The notes under the pieces are model-generated. The model worked only from the letters and a program-made list of their open reading frames with translations, did not search any database and had not been told where the DNA came from. Source: Candidatus Nealsonbacteria bacterium (GTDB taxonomy: Bacteria; Patescibacteriota; Minisyncoccia; Minisyncoccales; UBA6532). Taken from it: 64,000 nucleotides of DNA. Position numbers and translations under genes: made by a program. Shown piece after piece: positions 1 through 9,800 of this stretch (its first letter is position 1; each line of letters starts with the position of its first letter). Location: NCBI GenBank assembly GCA_016186485.1, contig JACPLN010000005.1:41256-105255 (forward strand), given 5' to 3'.

Positions 1-1
1 T

Positions 2-949
2 GGCGAGGGCGAAGTGGGCCAGGTAATCGCTGAAGCGCCTCTTCAAGGTGAAGACGAGGGCGAAGGCGAAGATCCGAATGCGGGGACGGAACCTGGCGAA
101 CACGGAATTGAAGAAGAGGCTTACAGGTTCGGGAAAGAGCTTTCAGAAAAATTTCAGCTGCCAAATCTTAAAGATAAAGGGAAGAAAATTCCTACCGATG
201 AATATATCTATGATTTAACCGATAGGCACCGGGGTTCGGGCCAATTCCTAGACAAACAAGAAACCCTGAAAAGCATAGTTGAAACCAATGTAATTCTGGG
301 CCGGGTTGACAAAGATAATATAGACACAACCCAAATGGTTGTTGGTCCTAATGACAAAGTTTACCGAGTTCTTTCAAGAGAAAAAGTTTGGAAATCCCAG
401 GCAGTAGTATTTTTCCTGAGAGATTACTCGGGTTCCATGTGGGGTGAACCTACCAAAGCCATATTAGCTCAACATATGATGATTTATGCTTGGCTGATAG
501 TTCAATATGAAAAAATGGTCATTCCAAGATTTATTGTTCACGATACCGAGGCCCAAGAAGTTTCGGTTGAGCATTATTTTAAGAGAACGGCCAACGGAGG
601 AACCTTGATTGCTTCCGGTTACGGGAAAATCAACGAAATCGTTGAAGGCGAAGGTTTAGCCAGAAATTATAATATCTATGTTTTCCAGGGCACTGATGGC
701 GACGATTGGGATGACGGTACTCAGTCTATTCCGGAACTTGAAAAAATGCTTAGTTATGTTAACCGTATTGGAGTTTGCGTTTTGAGACACCGTTTTTATG
801 GAAACAATGAAACGCCTTTTGAGAAATACGTGGGAGAGGGAAATATTCTGAATAGAAAGGATCTTTTCCGGATGCACGTTATGTCCTCAACGGATATTAC
901 CGAAGAAGAAAACATAGAAGCCTTTAAAAAACTTATCGCTCAAGATTAA
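2..949 (+). CDS. yeaH: YeaH/YhbH-family protein (DUF444, vWA-like part); 5' end outside window
   Basis: Frame open from window edge to TAA at 947-949; FFLRDYSGSM (DxSGS MIDAS-like) motif; first gene of a yeaH-spoVR-prkA triad. Confidence 0.7.
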   Translation, partial: GEGEVGQVIAEAPLQGEDEGEGEDPNAGTEPGEHGIEEEAYRFGKELSEKFQLPNLKDKGKKIPTDEYIYDLTDRHRGSGQFLDKQETLKSIVETNVILGRVDKDNIDTTQMVVGPNDKVYRVLSREKVWKSQAVVFFLRDYSGSMWGEPTKAILAQHMMIYAWLIVQYEKMVIPRFIVHDTEAQEVSVEHYFKRTANGGTLIASGYGKINEIVEGEGLARNYNIYVFQGTDGDDWDDGTQSIPELEKMLSYVNRIGVCVLRHRFYGNNETPFEKYVGEGNILNRKDLFRMHVMSSTDITEEENIEAFKKLIAQD

Positions 950-954
950 GGAAA

Positions 955-982
955 GAGCGTCGCTTGACGCTCCTTTTTATTT
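955..982 (+). terminator. Hairpin plus U-run between yeaH and spoVR (partial terminator/attenuator candidate)
   Basis: GAGCGTC-GCTT-GACGCTC stem-loop followed by CTTTTTATTT. Confidence 0.45.
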
Positions 983-1030
983 CTGTTAACTTAATCTAGG
1001 AAGAGTTCTTTAAAAAAGGAGATAGAAAAA

Positions 1031-2749
1031 ATGGAATTGATAGATCAGAGGACTAAAGGAATTATGGAAGAATGTAAAAGGAGAGCGAAAGCCGCGGGAT
1101 TAGAGGTTAATGGAGAAACGCTGGAATATATTATTACCAATCGTGAAGAGCTGGAACTTTCTGTCAAGGTTAATATTCCTACCCTGTATGACTATTGGGT
1201 TGATAACGTGGAAGTGGTTAAAAATAAATGGATTTACGATGCTTTTCCGCACAACCCATACGAGACAGTAGTCAACACCAGGCCCCCAATATCTTTCTAT
1301 AACGACAACAACCCGGATTGGCTCAATGTAATGATTTTCTATCATGTCTTGGGCCACATAGATTTTTTCCAGAACAATGTTTTTTTCAGAAAGACCTGGG
1401 ATGATGATTTCTGCGGGCAGGCTTTAGCAGATAAAAGGCTTCTAAATAAAATTCGCGAAGAGCTGGGAGAAGACAAAAGACAGGTTGATTATGTGATTGA
1501 GTTTGCCAGAGCCATAGATAATCTGGTGGGCTACTATCAAGAACTTGAGGAAGCCGAAGAAATTCAAGCCCAGAATATTTTTGGAACATTTTCTGAAAAA
1601 TCAAATTTCTATTTTGGCGAATTCTTAAGACGGCTTTATGACCAAAAACTGATTGAGTTAAAATTTTACTACGATGAAGTAGAGCGTTATAACCGCTGCA
1701 TAAAGCAATTTTCTGAAAAGCTGGGGGAAATCACTTTCTTTGACGACCATATTTTTAAAAGCAAGCTTCCCGAGTTCAACAGCGCTTTCAAAAAATATAA
1801 GGAGAAAAAGGAGAGTAAAACAAAGGCAAATGATATTCTTAAGTACCTTATGGAAAATTCCGAGTTCATAAACAGAGATAAGAACAAATGGATGAAAGAC
1901 GTTCTTGGGGTAGTAAGAAGGACCTCTCTCTATTTTCAACCTCAGTTTAGGGATAGAATTTGCAACGAAGGATGGGCAAGTTTTTGGCATCATAGGTTGT
2001 TCATAACCGACGAAAGAATCAAGGGCCATGAGGTAGATTTTGCCCTAGTTAATTCCAAAGTTTTAGTAGACCTAAGATTAGGGTTTAATCCATATATAGT
2101 TGGTATGCACCTTTTTGAGTTTATTGAAGAGCTGGCAAGAAAAGGAAAGCTTTCTTACGGTTTCCAGCTAATAAAAGACATTGAAGCAAGAAGACATTAC
2201 GACCAGAAATTAAAAGAAGACTTCGGGAAAAAGGTTTTGTTTGAAACGAGGAAAAATATTAATGATTTCATTCTGATTAACTTTCTTTCTGACGAAGACT
2301 TCCAAGACTTTGTAGACAAGTACAAATTGTTCGTGGCAGGGACGAGAATAAATCCTCAAAAGCCAGGCTTTGTCGATGTCTACATTAAGTCAAGGAATGG
2401 CAAGGAATACCGGGACTTTCTTAATAAATCCTTATATCATCCGCCCTATATCGTTATCAATCCCGAAAAGAAAACCAAAGAAGGCGAATTGTATCTCGAT
2501 CACGTTTACGAAGGCAGAACCCTGGTTACGAAATATATTCCGTCAGTTTTGTCCGGCCTGTCTTATTTTTGCGGCGGCGGAGTAGTGAAATTGGAGACAA
2601 CCGAGTTTGAGATGGAAAAAATTAATTATTGGGAAAGACTTCAAAATCCGGATCAAGAGACAGAATACGAAAAAGTCCGAGTGCTTTACACTTGTGAAGG
2701 GAAAAATATGAGTAGAAATACCTTGAGGAGAGAGAAGCGCAATGGATGA
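1031..2749 (+). CDS. spoVR: SpoVR/YcgB-family protein
   Basis: AAGGAG upstream of ATG; family-typical NEGWASFWH motif; 572 aa. Confidence 0.8.
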   Translation: MELIDQRTKGIMEECKRRAKAAGLEVNGETLEYIITNREELELSVKVNIPTLYDYWVDNVEVVKNKWIYDAFPHNPYETVVNTRPPISFYNDNNPDWLNVMIFYHVLGHIDFFQNNVFFRKTWDDDFCGQALADKRLLNKIREELGEDKRQVDYVIEFARAIDNLVGYYQELEEAEEIQAQNIFGTFSEKSNFYFGEFLRRLYDQKLIELKFYYDEVERYNRCIKQFSEKLGEITFFDDHIFKSKLPEFNSAFKKYKEKKESKTKANDILKYLMENSEFINRDKNKWMKDVLGVVRRTSLYFQPQFRDRICNEGWASFWHHRLFITDERIKGHEVDFALVNSKVLVDLRLGFNPYIVGMHLFEFIEELARKGKLSYGFQLIKDIEARRHYDQKLKEDFGKKVLFETRKNINDFILINFLSDEDFQDFVDKYKLFVAGTRINPQKPGFVDVYIKSRNGKEYRDFLNKSLYHPPYIVINPEKKTKEGELYLDHVYEGRTLVTKYIPSVLSGLSYFCGGGVVKLETTEFEMEKINYWERLQNPDQETEYEKVRVLYTCEGKNMSRNTLRREKRNG

Positions 2750-4904
2750 AACCCAAGAAGCCCTTGAGTTTTTGAAGATCGAGATTGAGGGTAAAGAGAA
2801 AAGGAAGATTTTGAGTTTTGAAGAATATCTTCAAATTGCCAGAACTGACCCACAAAGAGTTTTACGAAACATTTTTCAGCTGTTCCACGATATGGTGAAA
2901 ACCTATGTCGGCGAAGGAGAAAATGAACACCCTGACGATCCGGAATCCATAGGTTTTGTTAAGTACGATTGTTCAATGCTTTTTGCTGAAGGGAGGGAGA
3001 CTCCATTTTTTGCCGATAGGCTTTTTGCCAATAGATTCGTAAGGCAAGCCGAGAACTTGAGACGAGGATCGCAACAGAATAGGATTTATGTTTATGACGG
3101 TCCTCACGGTTGCGGCAAATCTACTTTTCTGAATAATTTTCTCCGAAAATTTGAGCAATATACTGCTACGAAAGAAGGACAGGTTTTTGAAATTTTCTGG
3201 CAGATTGAGATCGATGGCCAAAGGGTTGACGTTCCCTGCCCCAGCCATGATTACCCAATATTGATTATTCCGAAAAATTACCGGGCCGCTTTTCTGAAAA
3301 AAATTCTATCTGAAAGTCCTAAATTGAGGGATAAGTTTCTCCGCGAAAAAGAATACGAATGGATATTCAGAGAAGAAGTTTGCACCATCTGCAAATCTCT
3401 TTTCTGGGCCTTGCTTGATAAGCTTGGTTCGCCCGATAAGGTTTTAAGCATGGTTAAAGTCCGATCTTATGTATTTGACAGGCGCCTGGGGGAGGGCATC
3501 AGCATCTTTAATCCGGGCGATAAGCCCCTAAAAAAGACTTATTTTACCGATAAGCAGATTCAAGAAAAGCTGGACCAAGTTTTTGGAGGGAATTTAGTGA
3601 AGTACATATTTTCACAGCACGCTAAGACCAATAACGGATTTTATGTCCTAATGGACATCAAGTCTTATAACAAGGAAAGATTGTTGGAGCTTCACAACAT
3701 TATTTCAGAAGGCGTTCACAAAGTGGTTGGGCTGGAAGAGCGGATAAATTCACTCTTTATGGCTCTGATGAACCCCGAAGATAAGCAAGATATAGTGGGA
3801 GATGTGAAAGAAAATTCATTCCAGGGAAGAATTCAATACAACAAAATCCTATATGTGCTGGAGCCATCGACTGAAGTCAAAATTTACCGCAGTATTTTTG
3901 GAGGACAAATCGATTCGCGTTTCTTGCCCAGGGTTATGGAAAACTTCGCCAGGATAATAATTTCTTCCAGAATGAATATTGATTGCCCCCCGCTCAAAGA
4001 ATGGATTAAAGACGCGAAGAAATACAAAAAATACTGCGACGAAAACGGACTCTTGTTGAGGATGGAATTATATAGCGGAGTTATTCCGCCTTGGCTATCA
4101 GAAGAAGACAGAAAAAGTTTCATAGCGACAGTCAGGCGAAAACTGATTTCTTATGGGGAAGAGGAGGGGGGAAGAGGTTTTTCCGGCAGAGACTCAATCG
4201 GGTTATTCAGCGACTTTCTAAGTCGTTACGGATCAAAGCCAAAGCTGATCAATATGGGCAACGTCACCGATTTCTTTGAACAAAGAATAAGCAAGGGGCA
4301 GAAAAGCGAGGTGCCGTCAAACTTCATTAGTTCGCTTAACGACTGGTACGATTACGTGGTTTTGGGCGAAGTAAAAGAAGCTCTCTACTTCTACAACGAA
4401 AAGCAGGTTTCCGAAGATATCTTGAATTATCTTTGCGCCATTAATTATGACCTAGGGGCAAAAATGAAATGCAGATACACTGGTAAAGAGCTAGAGGTTA
4501 CAGTTGAATTTTTTAAACTGATATGCTCTTATGTTACCGGAACAGATATGGGTGAAGCTGGCGCATTAAAGTTCGCTCAGGAGATTCAGCAAAGATATGT
4601 AGAGATTGTTGCTCAAGACCCAGGCCAAAAGATCACCGAAACGGAATTATATCAAGAACTTTTCAAGTCTTATGTTAGGAATCTAAAGAAAAAAGTGCTT
4701 AACCCATTTCTTGCGAACAAGAATTTTAGGGAGGCGATTAAGCTTTTCGGGACTAAGGAATTTGAGACTTTCGACAGCAGGCTAAAAGAGCACGTAGCCT
4801 ACCTGATTAAGAATTTGATTAATAAATTCGGTTATACCGAACAGGGAGCCAAAGAAATTTGTCTCCACGTAATAGACAAGAAGCTAACGGAAAAATTTTC
4901 CTAG
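2742..4904 (+). CDS. prkA: PrkA/YeaG-family putative serine protein kinase (P-loop AAA-like N-domain)
   Basis: GPHGCGKST P-loop; 720 aa; ATG overlaps spoVR stop by 8 nt (coupling); triad context. Confidence 0.8.
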   Translation: MDETQEALEFLKIEIEGKEKRKILSFEEYLQIARTDPQRVLRNIFQLFHDMVKTYVGEGENEHPDDPESIGFVKYDCSMLFAEGRETPFFADRLFANRFVRQAENLRRGSQQNRIYVYDGPHGCGKSTFLNNFLRKFEQYTATKEGQVFEIFWQIEIDGQRVDVPCPSHDYPILIIPKNYRAAFLKKILSESPKLRDKFLREKEYEWIFREEVCTICKSLFWALLDKLGSPDKVLSMVKVRSYVFDRRLGEGISIFNPGDKPLKKTYFTDKQIQEKLDQVFGGNLVKYIFSQHAKTNNGFYVLMDIKSYNKERLLELHNIISEGVHKVVGLEERINSLFMALMNPEDKQDIVGDVKENSFQGRIQYNKILYVLEPSTEVKIYRSIFGGQIDSRFLPRVMENFARIIISSRMNIDCPPLKEWIKDAKKYKKYCDENGLLLRMELYSGVIPPWLSEEDRKSFIATVRRKLISYGEEEGGRGFSGRDSIGLFSDFLSRYGSKPKLINMGNVTDFFEQRISKGQKSEVPSNFISSLNDWYDYVVLGEVKEALYFYNEKQVSEDILNYLCAINYDLGAKMKCRYTGKELEVTVEFFKLICSYVTGTDMGEAGALKFAQEIQQRYVEIVAQDPGQKITETELYQELFKSYVRNLKKKVLNPFLANKNFREAIKLFGTKEFETFDSRLKEHVAYLIKNLINKFGYTEQGAKEICLHVIDKKLTEKFS

Positions 4905-4916
4905 AAGAAAGCAAAT

Positions 4917-4946
4917 GCGCGGAAAAAGACTTTTTCGCGCTTTTTT
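4917..4946 (+). terminator. Rho-independent terminator after prkA
   Basis: GCGCGGAAAAAG / CTTTTTCGCGC stem (one bulge) followed by TTTTTT. Confidence 0.7.
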
Positions 4947-4958
4947 GTTGGTGGGTTG

Positions 4959-4993
4959 GGGGTTTACAGATACCAATTTAGGGGTTTACAGAT
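4959..4993 (+). repeat. Two direct copies of GGGGTTTACAGAT spaced 22 bp
   Basis: Identical 13-mers at 4959-4971 and 4981-4993; second copy contains the -35 hexamer of the downstream promoter. Confidence 0.8.
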
Positions 4994-5013
4994 GATTTAT
5001 GGGGAGTTATAAT
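4985..5013 (+). promoter_or_regulatory. Sigma70-like promoter TTTACA-N17-TATAAT
   Basis: -35 4985-4990, -10 5008-5013; ATG at 5022 only 8 nt after -10, implying leaderless or about 3-nt leader mRNA. Confidence 0.55.
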
Positions 5014-5021
5014 TGTATTAT

Positions 5022-6044
5022 ATGAATAAAATTAGCAATGAAGTTAGAGAATTTATTCTCAACGAAATTAAGGGTCATCCAAGCGATATAGTCTCCCTGG
5101 TTGTTAAAAAATTTGGATTTTCTCGACAAAGAGCCCATGCATATATTGCTCGAGAAGTAGCATCTGGGAAAATAGTTAAAGTCGGCGATAATAGGTGGAC
5201 TCGTTATTTTCTTGCAGGGGGTAAGTTTATTGAATTCAAGGAAAAAGTAAAACCAACACTTTATGAAGATAGAATATGGTCTGCTTATGTTAAGCCAATG
5301 ATGTTAAATTATGCTGATAATATACAAAAAATTTGCTCATATGGCTTTACCGAGATATTTAATAACGCCATCCATCATTCTGAGGGCACAAGAATATATA
5401 CGAGTATCGAGATCAATAACAATAAGTTAACAATTACGATAATTGATAATGGGATAGGTATATTCCAAAAAATTCAAAAAGCATTAAACCTAGAATCGAC
5501 AAGAGAATCAATACTCCACTTATCTAAAGGAAAGTTTACAACCGATCCCGCCGGGCATACTGGCGAGGGGATATTTTTTACTTCGAGGGTTTTTGATAGC
5601 TTTTCTATCTCTTCTAATGACATGTATTACACATTTGCAAACTCAGAATGGTTTTTATCATCAGAAAAAAGGGAAGATTTCGGAAAGGGAACATATATTC
5701 GAATGCGTTTATCGCTTAATTCGACCAAAACATTAAAAGAAGTTATGGATCAGTATTCAAATCAAGAAATTGGGTTCGGAAAAACAATAGTTGCAGTAGT
5801 ATTAAGCGCTGACCCCGGAGATCCGCATATTTCTCGTTCTCAAGCAAAGAGACTTTTAATAGGACTCGAAAAATTTAAACAAATTGTTTTAGACTTCAAG
5901 GGAGTAGAATCTGTCGGGCAAGCCTTTGTTGATGAGGTGTTTCGTGTATTTAAAAACGAGCACCCTAATATATTAATCAAGTATTTTAATGCTAACAAAA
6001 ATGTTGAGGATATGATAAAAAGGGGGTTTAGCAATCTACAATAA
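5022..6044 (+). CDS. wHTH - GHKL (histidine-kinase-like) ATPase - STAS-like (DUF4325) fusion protein
   Basis: N-terminal HTH-like segment; N-box FNNAIHHS, G1 DNGIGIF, G2 GEGIFFTSR; C-terminal LDFKGVESVGQAFVDEVF typical of DUF4325; ORF-track start 5013 is TTG, ATG at 5022 preferred. Confidence 0.6.
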   Translation: MNKISNEVREFILNEIKGHPSDIVSLVVKKFGFSRQRAHAYIAREVASGKIVKVGDNRWTRYFLAGGKFIEFKEKVKPTLYEDRIWSAYVKPMMLNYADNIQKICSYGFTEIFNNAIHHSEGTRIYTSIEINNNKLTITIIDNGIGIFQKIQKALNLESTRESILHLSKGKFTTDPAGHTGEGIFFTSRVFDSFSISSNDMYYTFANSEWFLSSEKREDFGKGTYIRMRLSLNSTKTLKEVMDQYSNQEIGFGKTIVAVVLSADPGDPHISRSQAKRLLIGLEKFKQIVLDFKGVESVGQAFVDEVFRVFKNEHPNILIKYFNANKNVEDMIKRGFSNLQ

Positions 6045-6143
6045 TGACTACGAAGTATTTACCCCGCAAGCGTCATGTGTCATGTGTCAGGAACTCGGCC
6101 TTGAATTGTTTGCCTTGAGCTGGTTGAGAGGGTAGAACGATGC

Positions 6144-7640
6144 ATGAACAATAGAATGGACAAGAATAAATTTACGCATCGTATATTTGAGATTTTTCCG
6201 GGAGCCTTAACTTGGAGCACTTTTATATTGTCAGCGCTGCTTTCTTGGTTAAAGCCTAATTTCGTCGCCTTTTTTATAATTTCTTTCGCTGTTTTTTGGC
6301 TTTTAAGGACGATTTATTTATCTCTTTATTTAAGAAGCGGGTACCAAAAAATGAAGAAGCACGAAAAGATAGACTGGCTGGAAAAGGTGAAGAAAATTGA
6401 GGACTGGAAAGATATTTATCATTTGGTTATTCTCCCGACCTACAAAGAACCCTTGGAAATTGTTAGGGAAAGTTTTGCTTCTTTGGCAAATTCTGATTAT
6501 CCAAAAGAAAAAATGATTGTGGTTCTGGCAACGGAGGCTAGAGCCGGTCTTTTAGCGAGAGAAACAGCCGAGGAGATAGAAAAAGAATTTGGAAATAAGT
6601 TTTTTAAGTTTTTGGCGACTGAGCACGAAGACGGTCTAGCGGGAGAAATACAAGGAAAGGGCTCAAACGAGGCTTGGGCGACAAAAACGGTAAAAGATAA
6701 AATCATAGACAAACTGAAAATGCCCTATGATAATATTATAGTTTCATCATTTGACGCAGATACCGTAGTATTCCCAAAATATTTCAGCTGTTTAACCTAT
6801 CATTATTTAACCAATGATGACCCCACTAAAACAAGTTTTCAGCCAATCCCGTTGTTTATCAACAACATATGGCAGGCTCCGGTTTTTTCAAGGCTGTTTT
6901 CTTTTGCCACCACTTTTTGGCAGACGATGAACCAGGAAAGGCCGGAAAGCCTAATTACCTTTTCTTCCCATTCAATGAGCTTTAAAGCCCTGGTTGACTC
7001 GGGTTTTCGCCAGAGAGACGCGGTTTCCGACGACTCCAGGATTTTTTGGCAGTGTTTTTTCAGATACAACGGGAACTACAAGGTTCAGCCCCTTTTTTAT
7101 CCTGTTTCCATGGACGCAAACGTTTCCAAAAGTTTTTGGAGAACTACTATAAATATATACAAACAACAAAGGAGATGGGCATACGGAGTAGCCGATATTT
7201 CTTATTTTTTATCGTCAGCCCTGAAAAATAAAAAAGTTCCCTTAGCTAAAAAACTGGTGAAGGGACTGGAATTGATTGAGGGTCACTGGTCCTGGGCTAC
7301 GGCTCCCCTGATAATTTTTCTTTTGGGATGGCTGCCCTTAATTTTTGGCGGAGAGCAATTTTCCCAAAGCTTGTTTTCATATAATCTTCCAAAAATAACC
7401 AGTCTGATTTTAACTTTTGCAATGGTGGGTTTGGTTATCTCAGCGTATTTGAGCATAGTTCTTTTGCCCCCAAAGCCCCCGAAATACGGGAAATACAAAT
7501 ATTTTATTTTCGTTTTAGAATGGCTTTTTCTCCCAATAGTAATGGTTTTCTTTTCTGCTCTTCCTGCAATTGAAGCCCAGACTCGTCTTATGTTTGGGAA
7601 ATATTTGGGGTTTTGGCCAACCGAGAAATTCCGCCATTAG
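6144..7640 (+). CDS. Membrane-embedded family 2 glycosyltransferase (processive type, QxxRW)
   Basis: SFDADTVV and QQRRWAYG motifs; N- and C-terminal hydrophobic helices. Confidence 0.6.
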   Translation: MNNRMDKNKFTHRIFEIFPGALTWSTFILSALLSWLKPNFVAFFIISFAVFWLLRTIYLSLYLRSGYQKMKKHEKIDWLEKVKKIEDWKDIYHLVILPTYKEPLEIVRESFASLANSDYPKEKMIVVLATEARAGLLARETAEEIEKEFGNKFFKFLATEHEDGLAGEIQGKGSNEAWATKTVKDKIIDKLKMPYDNIIVSSFDADTVVFPKYFSCLTYHYLTNDDPTKTSFQPIPLFINNIWQAPVFSRLFSFATTFWQTMNQERPESLITFSSHSMSFKALVDSGFRQRDAVSDDSRIFWQCFFRYNGNYKVQPLFYPVSMDANVSKSFWRTTINIYKQQRRWAYGVADISYFLSSALKNKKVPLAKKLVKGLELIEGHWSWATAPLIIFLLGWLPLIFGGEQFSQSLFSYNLPKITSLILTFAMVGLVISAYLSIVLLPPKPPKYGKYKYFIFVLEWLFLPIVMVFFSALPAIEAQTRLMFGKYLGFWPTEKFRH

Positions 7641-9800
7641 TTATTCCAGGTGCACAATTTTTTCCAATTCTTCCACCCTTTTCAAAAGCGAGGGATAATT
7701 TTTGAGCCCCGGGTCTTTTTCCAAAATTTCCTTTGCCACCTCTTTTGTTTTTTGGACCAAAGGCATATTCGTTAAAGAATCCATTATAAGGTCCGGGATT
7801 CCCCATTGCCTTGCGCCGGTAAAGTCTCCAGGACCCCTGATTTTTAAATCTTTTTCCGCCAGCTCAAAGCTATTTTCTGATTTAATCAGGGCTTGCAGCC
7901 TCTGAATTGTTTTCTTGTTTTTAGAATCGGTAAACAAGAAACAGTAAGATTGATATTTGGACCTGCCGACCCTTCCTCTTAGTTGATGGAGCTGGGCAAG
8001 GCCGAATCTTTCGGCTCCTTCAATTATCATTACCGCGGCATTTGGAATATCAATGCCAACTTCAATTACCGAAGTAGATACCAAGATATCAATCTTTTTA
8101 TTCTTGAAATTTCTCATTATTTTTTCTTTTTCCTTAGGCTTCATTTTTCCGTGGAGCATATCTATTTTTAAATCAGGAAAAATCTTCTTAGACAGCTTTT
8201 CATGCTCGTCTTTAACCGATTTTGCTTCGGCCCAGCCAAAAACGTCTTTTTTAGAGTCTTGCCCGCCTAAGTTTTCTTCAGGGGTTTTTGCGGGTTCTAT
8301 CCTGGGGCATATCACGAATACCTGCCTGCCTTCGTTCACCTTTTCTTTTATAAACCGATAAGCGTCATTCCTTTTTTTCGGTTCTACGACTTTGGTCATG
8401 ATTTTTTTTCTCCCCTTTGGCAGGCTATCAATTAAAGAAAGGTCCAGGTCTCCATAAAGAGTCAGGGCGAGAGTTCGGGGTATTGGGGTGGCTGTCATAG
8501 ATAGCAAGTGAGGAAGTAATTTAGTTTGCCCGCCGTAGCCTTGGCAAAGGCGGGCGCGCTGTTCAACGCCAAAGCGGTGCTGTTCGTCTAGAATAACCAA
8601 AGCCAATTTTCCAAACTTCACCTTGCTTTGTATTAAGGTATGCGTGCCTATTAGCAGGGGAAGTTCTCCGGATTTTGCTTTTTCCAGCAGTCTTTCCCTG
8701 GATATTTCTACAACATCATTTTTGAGCTTTTTTGAAATAAGCTTGTCTTCTTTGCCGGTCAACAGCCCCATATCCGTTTTGAAATCTGAAAAGAGTTCAG
8801 AAAACGTTTTGAAGTGCTGTTTCGCCAAAATTTCCGTGGGAGCCATTATGGCTGTCTGGTACCCCGCTTTTATGGCATTAATGGCGGCCATGGCGGCAAC
8901 AACTGTTTTTCCAGATCCCACATCTCCTTCAAGGAGCCTGTTCATCGGCCTCGGCTTTTCCATGTCTTTTAAGATATTCCAAGCGGATTTTCTTTGGGCG
9001 TCGGTTAGTTTGTAAGACAGCGAACCGACAAACTCTTGTATTAATCCTAAGTTCAAAGGGATTGCGGGCGCTTTATGGCCGGCAATCCTAAAACGCATTC
9101 TTAAAGTCAAGACGGCGATATTAAAGAGTTCCTCAAAAGAAAATCTTTCTTTCGCCTTTTTTGCCAATTCCAGGCTGTCCGGGAAATGCGCCTGCCACAA
9201 AGACTCGGAAAGGGTCAGCAGTTTTTCTTTTTCAATTAAGCGCTTCGGTAAAGGATCTGAAATGCTGTTTTTTAAATTAATAAGTGCCGGTTTTATGATA
9301 AACCTAAGCCATCTTGAAGATAAGCCTTCGGTTTCTGGATACACGGGTACAATCCGCCCCATATGGGTCATTGTGTCTTGACCAGATCCTGCCAGCCCCA
9401 GCTTTTCATAGGCAGGGTTTGATATGTAGACGCTTTTTTTACCCAGAGTCATTCTTCCTGCCAGCGCCAATAAATCCCCCTTTTTGATAGTTTTAGCCAG
9501 GTATGGTTGGTTGAACCAGATAATTTCTGCGGCTCCGGTTTGGTCTTGCACTATTGCTTTAGTTAGAATCATTCTTTTTTTCCACGTTCTGGCATTGCTT
9601 ATTTCTTTAATTGTCCCTTTTATACAGCAATCTTCATTGATTTTCAGGCTGGAAATATCTTTTATATTAGAAAAATCCTCATAGCGATGAGGAAAATGGA
9701 AGAGAAGGTCTCTAACAGTTTTAATTCCCAATCTCTTTAATTTTCTTTGATAAACGGGGCCGATTCGGGGAATTTCGGAAACGGAGGTAGATAGGTTCAT
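7641..9800 (-). CDS. recG: ATP-dependent DNA helicase RecG
   Basis: GDVGSGKT (Walker A), DEQHRFGV, QLRGRVGR motifs; N-terminal wedge-like region; 719 aa. Confidence 0.9.
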   Translation of the reverse strand: MNLSTSVSEIPRIGPVYQRKLKRLGIKTVRDLLFHFPHRYEDFSNIKDISSLKINEDCCIKGTIKEISNARTWKKRMILTKAIVQDQTGAAEIIWFNQPYLAKTIKKGDLLALAGRMTLGKKSVYISNPAYEKLGLAGSGQDTMTHMGRIVPVYPETEGLSSRWLRFIIKPALINLKNSISDPLPKRLIEKEKLLTLSESLWQAHFPDSLELAKKAKERFSFEELFNIAVLTLRMRFRIAGHKAPAIPLNLGLIQEFVGSLSYKLTDAQRKSAWNILKDMEKPRPMNRLLEGDVGSGKTVVAAMAAINAIKAGYQTAIMAPTEILAKQHFKTFSELFSDFKTDMGLLTGKEDKLISKKLKNDVVEISRERLLEKAKSGELPLLIGTHTLIQSKVKFGKLALVILDEQHRFGVEQRARLCQGYGGQTKLLPHLLSMTATPIPRTLALTLYGDLDLSLIDSLPKGRKKIMTKVVEPKKRNDAYRFIKEKVNEGRQVFVICPRIEPAKTPEENLGGQDSKKDVFGWAEAKSVKDEHEKLSKKIFPDLKIDMLHGKMKPKEKEKIMRNFKNKKIDILVSTSVIEVGIDIPNAAVMIIEGAERFGLAQLHQLRGRVGRSKYQSYCFLFTDSKNKKTIQRLQALIKSENSFELAEKDLKIRGPGDFTGARQWGIPDLIMDSLTNMPLVQKTKEVAKEILEKDPGLKNYPSLLKRVEELEKIVHLE

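Noticed and set aside
6099-6119. Bipartite motif CCTTGAA-N6-GCCTTGAG shared with 47599-47619. Both copies lie just downstream of accessory genes.
   Set aside because: A gapped 15-nt match between two sites in 64 kb is about what chance predicts (order of one to a few by my rough estimate), and the spacer shows no identity.
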